Source: Camelus ferus | Lineage: Eukaryota | Reading direction: 5' to 3' | Assembly (NCBI RefSeq): GCF_009834535.1 | Contig: NC_045696.1 | Location: 105,588,001 to 105,652,000, forward strand | Length of the DNA: 64,000 nt | Shown here: in pieces, positions 50,056 to 63,100 of the stretch | How the letters are laid out: each line of letters opens with the position of its first letter | Position numbering within the stretch: the stretch's first letter is position 1 | Position numbers and translations under genes: made by a program | Notes under the pieces: model-generated | The model's input: the letters and a program-made list of their open reading frames with translations, nothing else | What the model was told of the DNA's origin: nothing | Database searches by the model: none

Positions 50056-53000
50056 ATGGCAATAAACACACATCTATCATTAATTACTGTAAATGTTAAT
50101 GGACTAAATGCTCCAGTCAAAAGACACAGAGTGGCAGACTGGATAATAAAGCAAGAACCTTCAATATGCTGCATACAAGAGACCCACTTTAGGGAGAAGG
50201 ACACATATAGATTGAGAGTGAAAGGATGGAAAAGGATATTCCATGAAAATGGAAAAGCCAAAAAAGCAGGTGTTGCAGTACTGATTTCAGACAAAATAGA
50301 CTTTAAAACAAAGGCCATAAAGAAAGATAAAGAAGGACATTTTATAATGATTAAAGGAGTGATACAAGATGAGGATATTACACTCGTTAATATATATGCA
50401 CCCAATATAGGAGCACCTAAGTACATACAAGAATTACTAACAGAGATAAAGGGGGATATTGATGGGAATACAATCATAGTTGGAGATTTTAACACTGCAT
50501 TAACATCACTAGACAGATCTTCCAGACAGAAAATAAATAAGGCAACAGAGAAATTAAATACTACAATAGAAAAACTAGATTTGGTGGATATTTTCAGAGC
50601 ATTACACCCCCAAAAAATAGGATATACATTCTTTTCAAGTGCACATGGAACATTTTCCAGGATCGATCATGTACTTGGGCACAAAAGAAACCTCAACAAT
50701 TTTAAGAAGATAGAAATTATCTCAAGCATCTTTACTGACCACAATGCCATGAAACTGGAAATCAACAACAGAGAAACAAAGGAGAAAAAAAGGAAAGCAT
50801 GGAGATTAAACAATATGTTATTGAAAAAACAATGGATCAATGAGGAAATCAAAGCTGAAATTAAAAAATACCTTGAGACAAATGATCATGAAAGCACAAC
50901 CACTCAAAACCTATGGGACACAGCAAAGGCAGTGCTAAGAGGGAAGTTTATAGCGATACAGGCCTTCCTCAAAAAAGAATAACAATCTCAAATAAACAAT
51001 TTAACCCACCACCTGAATGAATTACAAAAAGAAGAACAAAAAGCCCCAAAAAGCAGCAGAAGGAAGGAAATAATAAAGATCAGAGGGGAATTAAATACAA
51101 TAGAGATTAACAAGACCATAGAAAAAATCAACCAAACCAAAAGCTGGTTTTTTGAAAAAGTAAATAAAATCGACAAACCTCTGGCCAAACTCACAAAGAA
51201 GAAAAAAGAGAGAGCACAAATTAGCAAAATAAGAAAGGAAAATGGAGAAATTACAACAAACAAAATAGAAATACAGAATATCATACGACAATATTATGAA
51301 AAACTATATGGAACCAAACTGGATAACCTAGAGGAGATGGACAAGTTTCTGGAAACATACTGTCCACCAAAACTGAATCAAGAAGAATCTGAACACTTGA
51401 ACAATCTGATCACTAGAAAGGAAATAGAAATAGCAATTAAAAACCTCCCTACAAATAAAAGTCCAGGACCGGACGGCTTCACCGGGGAATTCTACCAAAC
51501 ATACAAAGAAGAACTCATACCAGTCCTTCTCAAACTCTTCCAGACAATTGAAAAGGAGGGAATACTCCCAAACTCATTCTATGAAGCCACCATCACCCTG
51601 ATACCAAAACCAGGCAAAGACACTACAAAAAAAGAGAATTATAGGCCAATATCACTGATGAACATAGACGCCAAAATCCTCACCAAAATTTTAGCAAATA
51701 GAATCCAACAACACATAAAAAAGATTATACATCATGACCAAGTGGGGTTCATCCCAGGGACACAAGGCTGGTTCAACATACGCAAATCAATCAGTGTAAT
51801 ACATCACATCAACAAGAGAAAGGACAAAAACCACATGATCATCTCAATCGATGCAGAAAAAGCATTTGATAAAATTCAACACCCATTTATGATAAAAACT
51901 CTCGCCAAAGTGGGTATAGAGGGAACATATCTCAACATAATAAAAGCTATATATGACAAACCTACAGCCAGCATAGTACTCAACGGTGAAAAACTCAAAA
52001 GCTTCCCACTAAAATCTGGGACAAGACAAGGATGCCCACTATCACCACTCCTATTCAACATAGTCCTGGAAGTCCTAGCCACAGCAGTCAGGCAAGAGAA
52101 AGAAATAAAAGGGATCCAAATTGGAAAAGAAGAGGTAAAAGTGTCATTATATGCTGATGACATGTTACTATATATAGAAAACCCTAAAAGGTCCACACAA
52201 AAGCTACTAGAGCTGATTGAAGAATTCAGCAAGGTAGCAGGTTACAAAATTAACGTTCAAAAATCAGTTGCATTTCTTTACACTAACGATAAATCAACAG
52301 AAGAAGAAAGTAAAGAAACAATCCCCTTTAAAATAGCACCCAAGGTAATAAAATATCTGGGAATAAATCTAACCAAGGAGGTGAAAGAATTATACACAGA
52401 AAACTATAAACCATTGATGAAGGAAATTAAAGAAGACTTTAAAAAATGGAAAGATATTCCATGCTCTTGGATCGGAAGAATCAATATTGTTAAAATGGTC
52501 ACACTGCCCAAGGCAATCTACAGATTTAATGCAATCCCTATCCAATTACCCAGGACATATTTCACAGAACTAGAAAAAATCATAATAAAATTCATATGGA
52601 ACCATCAAAGACCTAGAATTGCCAAAGCATTACTGAAGAGAAAGAAAGAGGCTGGAGGAATAACTCTCCCAGACTTCAGACAATACTATAGAGCTACAGT
52701 CATCAAGACAGCATGGTATTGGTACCAAAACAGACATATAGACCAATGGAACAGAATAGAGAGCCCAGAAATGAACCCACAAACTTTTGGTCAACTCATC
52801 TTCGACAAAAGAGGCAAGAATATACATTGGAATAAAGACAGTCTCTTCAGCAAATGGTGTTGGGAAAACTGGACAGCAGCATGTAAAACAATGAAGCTAG
52901 AACACTCCCTTACACCATATACAAAAATCAACTCAAAATGGATTAAAGACTTAAACATAAGACAAGATACAATAAACCTCCTAGAGGAAAACATAGGCAA

Positions 53001-53853
53001 AACATTATCTGACATACATTTAAAAATTTTTCTCCTAGAAGAAATAAAAGCAAGAATAAACAAATGGGACCTAATGAAACTTACAAGCTTCTGCACAGCA
53101 AAGGAAACCAGAAATAAAACAAGAAGAAAACCTACGGAATGGGAGAAAATTTTTGCAAGTGAAACCGACAAAGGCTTGATCTCCAGAATATATAAGCAGC
53201 TCATACGACTCAATAAGAAAAAAATAAACAACCCAATCCAAAAATGGGCAGAAGACCTAAACAAGCAATTCTCCAAGGAAGACATACAAATGATCAAAAA
53301 GCACATGAAAAAATGCTCAATATCACTAATTATCAGAGAAATGCAAATCAAAACTACAATGAGGTATCACCTCACACCAGTCAGAATGGCCGTCATTCAA
53401 AAATCCACAAATGACAAATGCTGGAGAGGCTGTGGAGAAAGGGGAACCCTCCTACACTGCTGGTGGGAATGCAGTTTGGTGCAGCCACTATGGAAAACAG
53501 TGTGGAGATTCCTCAAAAGACTAGGAATAGACTTACCATATGACCCAGGAATCCCACTCCTGGGCTTGTATCCAGAAGGAAATCTACTTCAGGATAACAC
53601 CTGCACCCCAATGTTCATAGCAGCACTATTTACAATAGCCAAAACATGGAAACAGCCTAAATGTCCATCAACAGGTGACTGGATAAAGAAGAGGTGGTAT
53701 ATTTATACAATGGAATACTATTCAGCCATAAAAACCGACAACATAATGCCATTTGCAGCAACATGGGTGCTCCTGGAGAATGTCATTCTAAGTGAAGTAA
53801 GCCAGAAAGAGAAAGAAAAATACCATATGAGATCGCTCATATGTGGAATCTAA
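50056..53853 (+). CDS. LINE-1 ORF2p (APE endonuclease, reverse transcriptase, CCHC), one premature stop
   Basis: ORFs 50056-50982 and 51337-53853 share a frame, and the sequence between them is open after the TAA at 50980-50982. Endonuclease motifs NVNGLN, QETH, GDFN, RIDH, TDHN. RT YADD at 52150-52161. CWRGC...HCWWEC knuckle at ~53419-53472. Confidence 0.96.
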
Positions 53854-54647
53854 AAAACAAAAACAAAAACAAACAAACAAAAACAAAGTGTAAATAAAGG
53901 ACAGAAATAGACTCACAGACAGAGAATACAGACTTGTGGTTACCAGGGGGGCGGAGGGTGGGAAGGGATAGACTGGGATTTCAAAATTGTAGAATAGACT
54001 ACACTGTATAGCACAGGGAAATATACACAAAATGTTATGATAACTCACAGAGAAAAAAATGTGACAATGAGTGTGTATATGTCCATGAATAACTGAAAAA
54101 TTGTGCTAAACACTGGAATTTGACACAACATTGTAAAATGATTATAAATCAATAAAAAATGTTAAAAAAAAAATAAAACAGGGTGACAGGCCTGGTCTCC
54201 AGCTTGAGTACCATACAGGGATGGCACTCCTTTCACAGAAGGGCCATCACCTTCTAGATTCTACCATGGGCATCATTTTCTATAATGCATGTGTACCTGT
54301 GCACATGACACACATGATACCACCACTGCACCTGGGTGAACTTTAAGCACTCAAGACACCTGTGGTAAGTCCAGACAACATATACAGTTGGAAATGGGTG
54401 CCCCAAGCCAGCCCTCCCTCCAACTAATTTACAGATGGCAACCTCCTTAAGGGCAGGCAGATGGTTGATTAAGCTCACTGCCACTTACTGTATATATTCT
54501 CGGACATGTGATCTGACCTCTCCAGCCTCAGCTTCTTCTTCTGGAAAATACGAATAATTATACCTTTGTCACAGGAATACTGGAGAGTTCAACAAGATAG
54601 AATACCCAGCGCAGAGCCTGGTTACTCCAAGTAGGGCGTTCCCAACA

Positions 54648-54868
54648 TAGCTGACCCTTGAACAACACGGGGGTCAGGGGCACTTACCCTCTAGGCAGTG
54701 AAAAAGGTGGGTATAATTTTTATCTGTGGTTCCTCTGTATCTGCGGTTCTGCACCCTCAGATTCAACCAACCTAGGATGAGCACAGTACTGTAGTATTTA
54801 GTAGTGAGAAATATCTGCATCTAAGTGGACCCATGGAGTTCAAACCCATGTTGTTCAGGAGTCAACTG
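54648..54868. mobile_element. Tigger2/MER8-like TcMar MITE
   Basis: Terminal inverted repeats TAGCTGACCCTTGAACAACA and TGTTGTTCAGGAGTCAACTG; about 220 bp long. Confidence 0.8.
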
Positions 54869-56511
54869 TCATTTAATGTTACCCTCACATAGAGTGTGCA
54901 CACGTTCCCAACGCTCACACTGATCACACACAGACTATGAAGCAGCGCTTGTGGTTCTCTACATGGAAGGCTCAGGAGGACTCCACCCTTGCTTTCAAGT
55001 TAACTCTGTAAACCCACATTGTTGCCATTTGATTCTCACTGCACCGTGGGGTACTGGGTAGCTAACCCCACATGCCAGGTGGGAAAAGTGAAGCAAGGGA
55101 CAGCATGCAGTACAATTAATCTGGTGATGGATCTGGGCCTTGAATCCACAGCTCGTGGCTCCGACTCCTGAGTGATTGCTCTACTCTGAGGGGCTTTGCA
55201 GGTTCCTGCTGGTTCGGCTGGAGCAGATGGGCATGTGAGGTGGCCTGCAGACCCAGCCCTGAGGCTGTGACCGGCAGCCCCTTCCTCCATCAGGAAAATC
55301 TTCCTCACGTCTCACCTGAGACCCTCTTGCTTTCTTCCAACCTGTTTATTTGGGTTTTACAAGAGTTGACACCCTTGGCCAAAGCCGTGTCTGATTTGAT
55401 GCCCAGTGTTCTCATTCAAACACACAGAACCCTAGTTTCTTTTCTTCCTTCCCTCTTAAGATTTTTTCCCAAGAGTCAGCCTTACAATCTGCCCTAGCCA
55501 GAATCTACCTGGAATACAGCAAAGACATGAAGAGGAGTTTTAACTTGGAGCTTTCTCTTGGCAGCAATGTCTAAAGACCCTAAAACACCAGACAAAAGAG
55601 GTTACTGTTGTGCTGCGGACCCTGTTTAAACACAGAACTGGATCAACTGGAAAGGCAGGGTGTGTCCAGTAAGACCTTGGCACTGAGTCAGAGACCCGCC
55701 TTCTAGTCTTCTCTCAGCCACTAGCCATGTGTCCAAGGGCAACTTACTCTGTCTACATATGCCTCAGCTTCTCCACCTATGAAATAAATGAGTTGGATAA
55801 TTTCTGTAGTCCTAAATACCTAGGATTCACTGACATACAGGTGCATCCTTATAAATAAGTGACCACTTACATCAAGAAAAAACGTCATGAGTGCTACTCT
55901 TGCACTCAAGCCTCTGGCAGACAGCATTGATTGACAACAGCATTCTCTCCTCCTGAACTAGACCCAGCCTCAGAAGCCTTCTCAACATAGCACTCCACCA
56001 GCCATTCCATAGTTGCCACCACCAACCGTTCTGAGTTAACACACAGAATAAAATGTATTTGTATCAGAAACATTCAAGCCTCTGAAGGCTTGCCCCCAGT
56101 CCAAACCCCCACCACTGCCCCTACTCCCCTGCCAGAATGTGGGGCCTGCTGGGACTCTGCACTGTCTCTGGGCTTGGATTTCAGGAGTACTTACCAATCT
56201 CCTACAGAGGGGTGGTCCATGAGAAGAGCTGGACCTGTCCTGGCTACCCTGTAACACCCTGGGTTCAGGTGCCCGCCTCCCAGGGCCCACAGGAGTCCTG
56301 AAAAATGTCTCAGAAGCAGTAACTTCTATCCTAAGGAATAATTCCAGGGAAGCGGGGGCACAGAGCAGAGGCTTGGGGTATTGGAAGACCCAAGATAGAG
56401 ATGCCCCCTGCCCCTCAACACACACACACTTCCCAACCAGCTCAGGTATTCGCACGTGCGCACTCTCACACAGGCACCCTGAGAAGGGCTCCTGGGTGGA
56501 AATGACCTGCA

Positions 56512-56530
56512 ACAGTGCCATCTAGTGGGA
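56512..56530 (-). promoter_or_regulatory. Candidate CTCF site
   Basis: Minus strand reads CCACTAGATGGCAC, a close match to the CTCF core CCASYAGRKGGCRS. Motif only. Confidence 0.5.
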
Positions 56531-59240
56531 TCCGGGGCCATCCTGCCCTCAGAGGTTTCCCTGCGGAGTCCCAGAGAGATGGTCTAGAGGTCAGAGCCCT
56601 CAAGGTTGCGGCTGTGTCTCATGAGGAAGGATACAAAAGAAGCAGTGATGTGACACTCTGTCCACCTTGAGATTTCCCACCACCCCACTCACCACCTGCA
56701 TGTGGTGCCGACTGCCCCCTTCCCCCACTGCCTAGGACCTGCACACCCAAATGCCTGAAGCCCTGTCAAGTCCTGCCCCCTGGGGCTCTGCTACAGGCCC
56801 TTCCACCCCAGCACTGCCTCTGACTCAGACACACTTTTCCAACAGACGTGGACAAGGCTCTAGCCAGATGCTGGCTTAGGCATTCCCCAGTTTTGCAGTT
56901 TCCTGCCTCTGAACCTCAGTTGACTCCTCCGTGTAATGGAAAAAATAATGCCTTCCTGACTGGGCCGCTGTGGCTATGGTGCCCAGCAGGACCCAAGAAG
57001 GTCATGGCCTGGCGTGGTTGGGAAGACTGTCTACTAGATCAGAGGAGGACTCACTCCTACAAGGGCTGGGAACACCTGGGCAGTCCCTCTCCCCACCCTG
57101 AGGACTCTGCCCCACCCCTCTTCCATGGGGGTAGGATGCCACACTTTACATAATTAAATCTGACATGGGTTTCTGGCCAGGAAGACTACTCCTTCTTTTT
57201 AGAATCTGTAGGCAGAGTGGTTGTAGCTTAATGATCTCTGGTTGGATGTTCCAACCAGTGTAACCCAAGAGAAATATTGTCATTGATCACATCAGGGGAT
57301 TCTGGGATGAGCAGGAACATTACTAATCCCCTCTCAGCAAGGGTAGAGGGGGCTTTCCCAGGGGCTGGGAGATGGAAGACTTTTGTAAGGAGATCCAGGG
57401 ACAAGAAGGCTCTGGAACCCAGGACGCTGCTGGGGCTGAGCAGGAGGAGATGGAAGAGTGCCCCTGAGGCCCCAGCCAGGGGATGATGGCACCCAGGCCC
57501 GAGAGAGCACCCAGCCACTCAGCTTGTTGCGAAAGGAATGAAGGCCTGGCGATTCTTCCTGCCTGTGGGAAGGAGGAGGCCCCAGATGGTGTCTGGAAGA
57601 GCTATGTGACCCAGGTCACAGTCTTTCCCTTCACTGGGTCCCTGTGCCCGTAGTGCATGGGCTGGGGAGGGTTTGGAGGCTGGATCTGATGGTGCCAGAG
57701 ACCCAGAACCTTGCTCAAAGACCCTGCTTTTGAATGGCCCCTGATCTCTGCTTCTCTTCCTGCTGGTCCCCATCCCAGCCTCCAGACTTGCCCAGCCTTC
57801 TGCCAGCCGAGCCTCTCCCCCCAGCCTCCACTCTCCTGTTCCTTGCACTGTGCTAAAATGTGAAGGTCCCTTCTGAGTGCCCCCTCGTCATCCCGGTGAT
57901 ACACAGCCTAGACAAGCAGGGATGGTTCCCTGGGGGCCTCCTCCCTGACCCACACAGCCTCCTGCCTCTAGTCCCGTCCACTTGTCTCCCACATTCCCAC
58001 CTTCCCTGGACCCAGACTTCAGCCATGGGAAGGCCAAGACCAAACCAAGGGACCAGGTGAGAGATCACCAGAATAGTACTTGGCCAGGATAGGGAAGGGG
58101 GCGTGGACACAAGGAGCCACAGAATGGAAGAGAGTGGGCAGTGTCACACAAGCATCCTCAGAGCGGAGAGGAGGAAGCAGAGTGGATGGTGGAGCCTGGA
58201 AGGTGCTACTTTACCTACATTCTGTCTCTTTGAATGGCCCCAGGGGTTTGTAAGTCAGGTTCTGAGATGCATACCTCATAGGGAGGGCCCTCAGGATTAG
58301 GGGACTCACTGCACCTGAGGCCACCAAGGTCGAGGAACATGGCCTGGGACCCAGGTCTGTGTGATCCTGCACCACTTCAAAGAGTACACCAGTTCTGTGG
58401 GTGTGGTCATGGGGATGGTCTGGGCTGGAGGCCATGGCCGTGGCTGAGAGGTGCCCAAGGCAGAAGAGAGCCATCACTGACACATTCTGGAGTGGGGCTG
58501 GGCACGTGTATTGGAGATCTTCCTCGGCCCCAGAGACAAGCAGAGAGAAATGAACAATAGTGCCCTCATTGATCTCTTAGGTTGGGTGGGGCAGAGCGGG
58601 GCCAGGGTGGACAGAGAATCACCTCCAACCTCCCTCTCCCCCTGGCTCACACTGAACCACCTCTGGGCCCATTAGAAGGTCAGGCTCCCAGCATCACCGG
58701 GCCCACTGGGAGGCTGTACCATTGGAGGAGGAAGCCTGTATCACAGGAAACAGTACAAAAAGATTGTTGTTCTGTTTTCTGGAAGGATACAGGAATAGTT
58801 CATGGCATCTGAAGGTAGAAAGTATGGGCAGCCCTCACAGGAACTAATGTCATATCTGCCACATCGCTGGGCCATCAGAGGCTGTCTGTGTCTGTCTCTC
58901 AGCTTTTTCTGCTTACTCACCTGCTTGAACAGGGCCCCGTCATGGCCAACCAGAATCCAGCCTCAGCTGGATTCTAGTGTCCTACCCGTTTAAGCACCTC
59001 ACACTCCTTTCTCTGTTTCTTAGTTCAGATCTCAAGAGGGGATATGATTAGTTTAATCCAGTCTATGATTTGAGTCCTCTGGAGTCAAGTGACCTTCCTT
59101 ATACGATCAGCTATGAGCTGGCCCCCCAGGGGTTGAGGGGGGAGGTGGTTAGGATTAAGTCACAGACAGAGCAATGGAGCGTGTGATGTGAGAAGGGAGA
59201 GGGGGCATGAGGAATATGATACATACATGTATATGTCATC

Positions 59241-59352
59241 TGAAACATCTCTACACCTATATATTGTATATAGTATATAATATAGATTATATATTATACA
59301 TGGAGTATAAATATATATACTATATATAATGTATAGATGTAAAGATGTTTCA
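59241..59352. repeat. AT-rich inverted repeat (39-bp arms, 34-bp spacer)
   Basis: 59241-59279 matches the reverse complement of 59314-59352 at 35 of 39 positions. Confidence 0.85.
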
Positions 59353-59595
59353 TACAGCATTGTTTATAATAACAAAAAAATCATGCTTCTCACTCACTGC
59401 GTTCACTCAACTTTATTAGTTCACTATGCATTTGCAGCACATGTGCTGCTTTCTAGACTCTGACTGAAACACAGGAAACTGAGGCAAGGAAGTCTCTAGC
59501 CTCAGCTCAGAAAAACGTGCAATCACTGAATGGGTAAAGGACCAAGATACAAGCTGCTTCTCAAAGGGAGGTGTTAGGCAAAGCCTGGATAGTAC

Positions 59596-60196
59596 CTCCG
59601 GAAAAGAAGAAAAAAATTATAGCGAATAACCAATAAATCAAATAAACGAAGCCCCAGTGAGAAACCTGCAAAGCAACCAAGAAGAAATGAAAAACAACAG
59701 TTAGGCCTTTCCTGGGCTGGGGGCAGATGACAACAGAATCAGAGGCCTGTGGGCCACCAGCCAAGAGCACTGGAATCTGGCAGGAGAGATGGTTCCTCTC
59801 CAGACTTGGCAGGTCCAGTCCCCTGGCTTGAACCTGCCTCTTGGCCCAAGAGTCAGCAGCCCCAGCCGACAGATACGGTGTCCTCGCCTCTACCTGAGCT
59901 TAATTCAAACCATTCTGTCCACCCCTAATTCAGAGCTTTTATTGGGTTTTAGGTTACTCTATATATGGCACAATAGAAATATTTTTTCAATCTTAAATTA
60001 AAAACATACCACAGGAGGATTTTTTTGAAGCTTTTGAACAACATTGCCGAGTGAAATGTCTTCAAGTCTGCGACTGAAATCTAACCAAGGTAACCTTCCA
60101 CCAGAGAGACTTTGATATCCAAAGTGGCATGTGTCCTCTGGAATGTGCTTTTCTCCCCTTTTTCCAAAAGCAGTCGACAATGGTCCTCTAACTAGT
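59596..60196 (-). other. Candidate spliced exons (60010-60196 and 59596-59665) of an unidentified transcript
   Basis: Donor GTG|GTATGT at 60009; strong acceptor with CCTAAC branch point, pyrimidine tract and TTTGCAG|G at 59666; the join is in frame. No homology recognised. Confidence 0.3.
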
Positions 60197-63100
60197 CTGA
60201 GTTGTGTGAGTGTTGAAAGGAAGAACACTCTGGGGGCATTCCCAGAACTAGCAGCAGAGATGCGCAGGAAAAAATCCCCACCCAGGCTGGCCTTTCAAAT
60301 GGGTCTGTCCATCACCACCATCTACAGCTACATCGTGAGGCCTGGAGTCGAGGCTGTGCTCCAGGTGGATCAGGCCAGGATTCCTAGCTCGCCTGGCATA
60401 TTTAGACACTTGAGGCAAGTTGTAAAGGGAAACATTCTCGTGAGTGGAGGAGGTGTTAGAGACCAAGGCACAGACGGTCTGAGTGCCAGGTGGCCCCAAA
60501 GTACTTAAGCTACAAAATGCTTCTGGCAGCCTTGCTAAGAACAGCTCCTCAACGGGACTCCACCAGGGAACACATTTCACACTCTGCGCTCCTACCAGGA
60601 GCTCCTCTGCACTCTGGCTGCCCCTCTGATGGACATCACAAGGATGGCCTGGTGAATGACCAAGGACTCAGGCATGGCTTGGCACATGGCAAAGCCCAAT
60701 CCTATGACACTTTGGGCCCTACTTAGAATTTTGGAATAAATCTAGTTGTCTTTTGGGAAGAAATCAAGGCAATGAATAAGAGGCAGCTGATAAATGCCAG
60801 AAAAAAAATAGGACAATCATGAGAATATGCATATATTTGTCCTCTGTGGGTAATCTAATTTCCTTGAATGGTGCCAGGAAACCCTACAATCCAAAGCCAG
60901 AGCATCACTTGCCAAGGCTGCTCTACATCCCTGTGATCTGATCGCCATCTCGAGGCCAGAGCAGCTGGCTGGCTTGATGTCACCATCACCACCTTGGGGA
61001 CAAGGCAAGCACAGGGCCAGGAGGACAAATCACCCCTTTGGAGAACTGGGGAAGGGTAGGTTCATTCCTCAGTGCACCAGATAGGGATGGGATTGTGTTT
61101 GTTCATGAGCCAGCTGGTTGAGTGACAAATGCCAAGTTGATTAAAAACAACCTGGCACCACCAGGCATTGGGGCCTGAGGTTGCGAAGGGCACCTCGCCC
61201 CATGTGAGGACAACTCCAGCCCACAGCTCTGCCTACAGCCCCTCTGATGCCAGGGCCTCCTTCACACCTGCACCCCGCACCGGGTCTGGTCCCCCTCACC
61301 ACTGTGGGCTGGGGGTAAGTGACCTCGGTGCTGCAGGCTCTGCCTGGTGGAAGAGGCTGTGGATGGTAAGGGACTGCACAGGCCATGTGCCTGGATGGTG
61401 TGTCCCTTAGACACACATTACAGGAGCAACTCTGAGTAAAAAGGTGTTGAAAAGACGTAAAGGCTCTCCAGAGAGACAAGCTGGAGTTGGGCCTTGAAGG
61501 ACGGGCAGAACAAGGGCAGGCATTTAAGGCAGGTGGTACAGCCAGCACTAAGACATGGAGGTGGGAATAAACACGGTGTGTTGGGAAATGGCCAATGCAG
61601 GACAAAGGGCTTGCCTTTTGTTTCATCCTCCCAAGTTTACTCCCTGGAATGTCCTCATCTCTGAGAGTCCTCTGAGGTGGCTATTCAGATCTGAAATGGA
61701 GAGAAAGCAGGCAGGGCTGCCTGGAGGAGGACCAAGTCTCCCCAGGCTGAACGTTTTCACAGTGACCAAATACTCAAGAGAGGTCCCTTGGTCCTGTTGC
61801 CCCATCCCCCACATCTGGCCCCCACAATCTCGGGTGGCAGCTTCTACCATTGATAACTCCCCAAGATCAGGCTCTGTCTGCCCTGCCTTGGGATGTGGGG
61901 GTCAGAGTGAGCTCTAGTCCTTGGGCACAGCCCCCAGACACTGGGCAGGTTGAAATACAGACTGGGGCCCATTCCCCTGCCCGCCCTTGGCCTTGAAAAT
62001 ATCACTCCATAGGACAGGAAACTCAGGAGCCTCATTGCATTAGAGGGCAGGAGCAGGGCAGTTCTGGACCCCCCAGCCGGGCTTTCAGCTGACCTCTGGA
62101 AATGGAAAAGGTCACAGCTCTTCTGGTCTGAAGTGGCCCGCTGTGGGGCCAGCAGTCATCCAGCCTCTTGGCTCTGCCAGGCCTCCAGGCTCTCTCTGCA
62201 GGGTTAGTCTCCCTTAAGCAGCCTCAGTGGGCAGCCTGTTAACTCAGTCCCTGTTCTTCTGCTCACTCAGTCCTACCTCCTCCCCTTCCAACAGAGAGAG
62301 GCACTTGAGGGGTTCATCTGATGCTGTCCCACATGCTGGCTTCCCAAGTGGATGGAGCCTGAGCAGGCCAGTGACTCCACCTGCTCCCTCTCTGCCCCCG
62401 ATCCCATGGAGTGAAGGAGAAGATGGCTGGTACCAGTCTCACTCAGCTTGAACTGGGGATTGAGAAGTGCCCATGAGCTAGACTAGAGCAGACCAGCTTC
62501 TGCCCCAACACAGCCTGTCGTGGCGAGCTGCTGCCCCTTCGTGTGTATAATAAACGGCGAGCAGATCTCTTACTTCCTGTGACAGTCTGGTTTACACCTG
62601 TTGTCCCTGCTCCATTCACTCTCAAAAGCCTTCCAGTTGAGATGATAAATTATAGGGCCATCCTGCTTTACCACCTTCGAGGCTAGTGAGTGGTCCAGAC
62701 AGGACTGGAACTCAGACCTGGTTCCAACTACTGCTCTTATCCACTCTTATTGGATAAAGCTCTTCTCAGCTCAGGCATTAGGACTAACAAGCTTGAGGAG
62801 GGCAGCTGGTAAACACTGTGGGGGTGCTTTCACAAAGATCAGACAACAGGCAGCACAACCAGAATAGGGAAGATACCGGAAGATCTCCTGGAGGAGGTCA
62901 TGCGGCCACAGGCTATGACCGGTGAGCAGAAAAAGGAAGCGTGTATGCAAAGGTGGCAGCCAGCCAGACACTAAGGGCTGGGAGAGATGACTCTGCCCAC
63001 AATCCCCGCTACACACTAAGATTGTTGTGAGGAAAGTATGTATTTTCAAGGAATGGTCTGTTGTCTGAAATATCTCGATTTGGTGTGAATAAAGAGGTTT

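Larger units (their letters stand above)
47066..54179 (+). mobile_element. Young full-length LINE-1 retrotransposon (~7.1 kb)
   Basis: Starts with an AAGATGGCGG head, then a ~1.7 kb CpG-rich 5'UTR, ORF1, a ~400-bp spacer, ORF2, a 3'UTR with AATAAA (54151-54156) and an A-rich tail. Flanked by direct repeat AGGGTGACAG (47056-47065 and 54180-54189). Confidence 0.97.

Noticed and set aside
49932..53351. Hydrophobic antisense ORFs within L1 ORF2
   Set aside because: Expected by-product of the A-rich L1 sense strand; not independent genes.
60131..60508. 125-aa plus-strand ORF (..GLSITTIYSYIV..)
   Set aside because: Non-ATG start, no good acceptor pyrimidine tract and no recognisable family.
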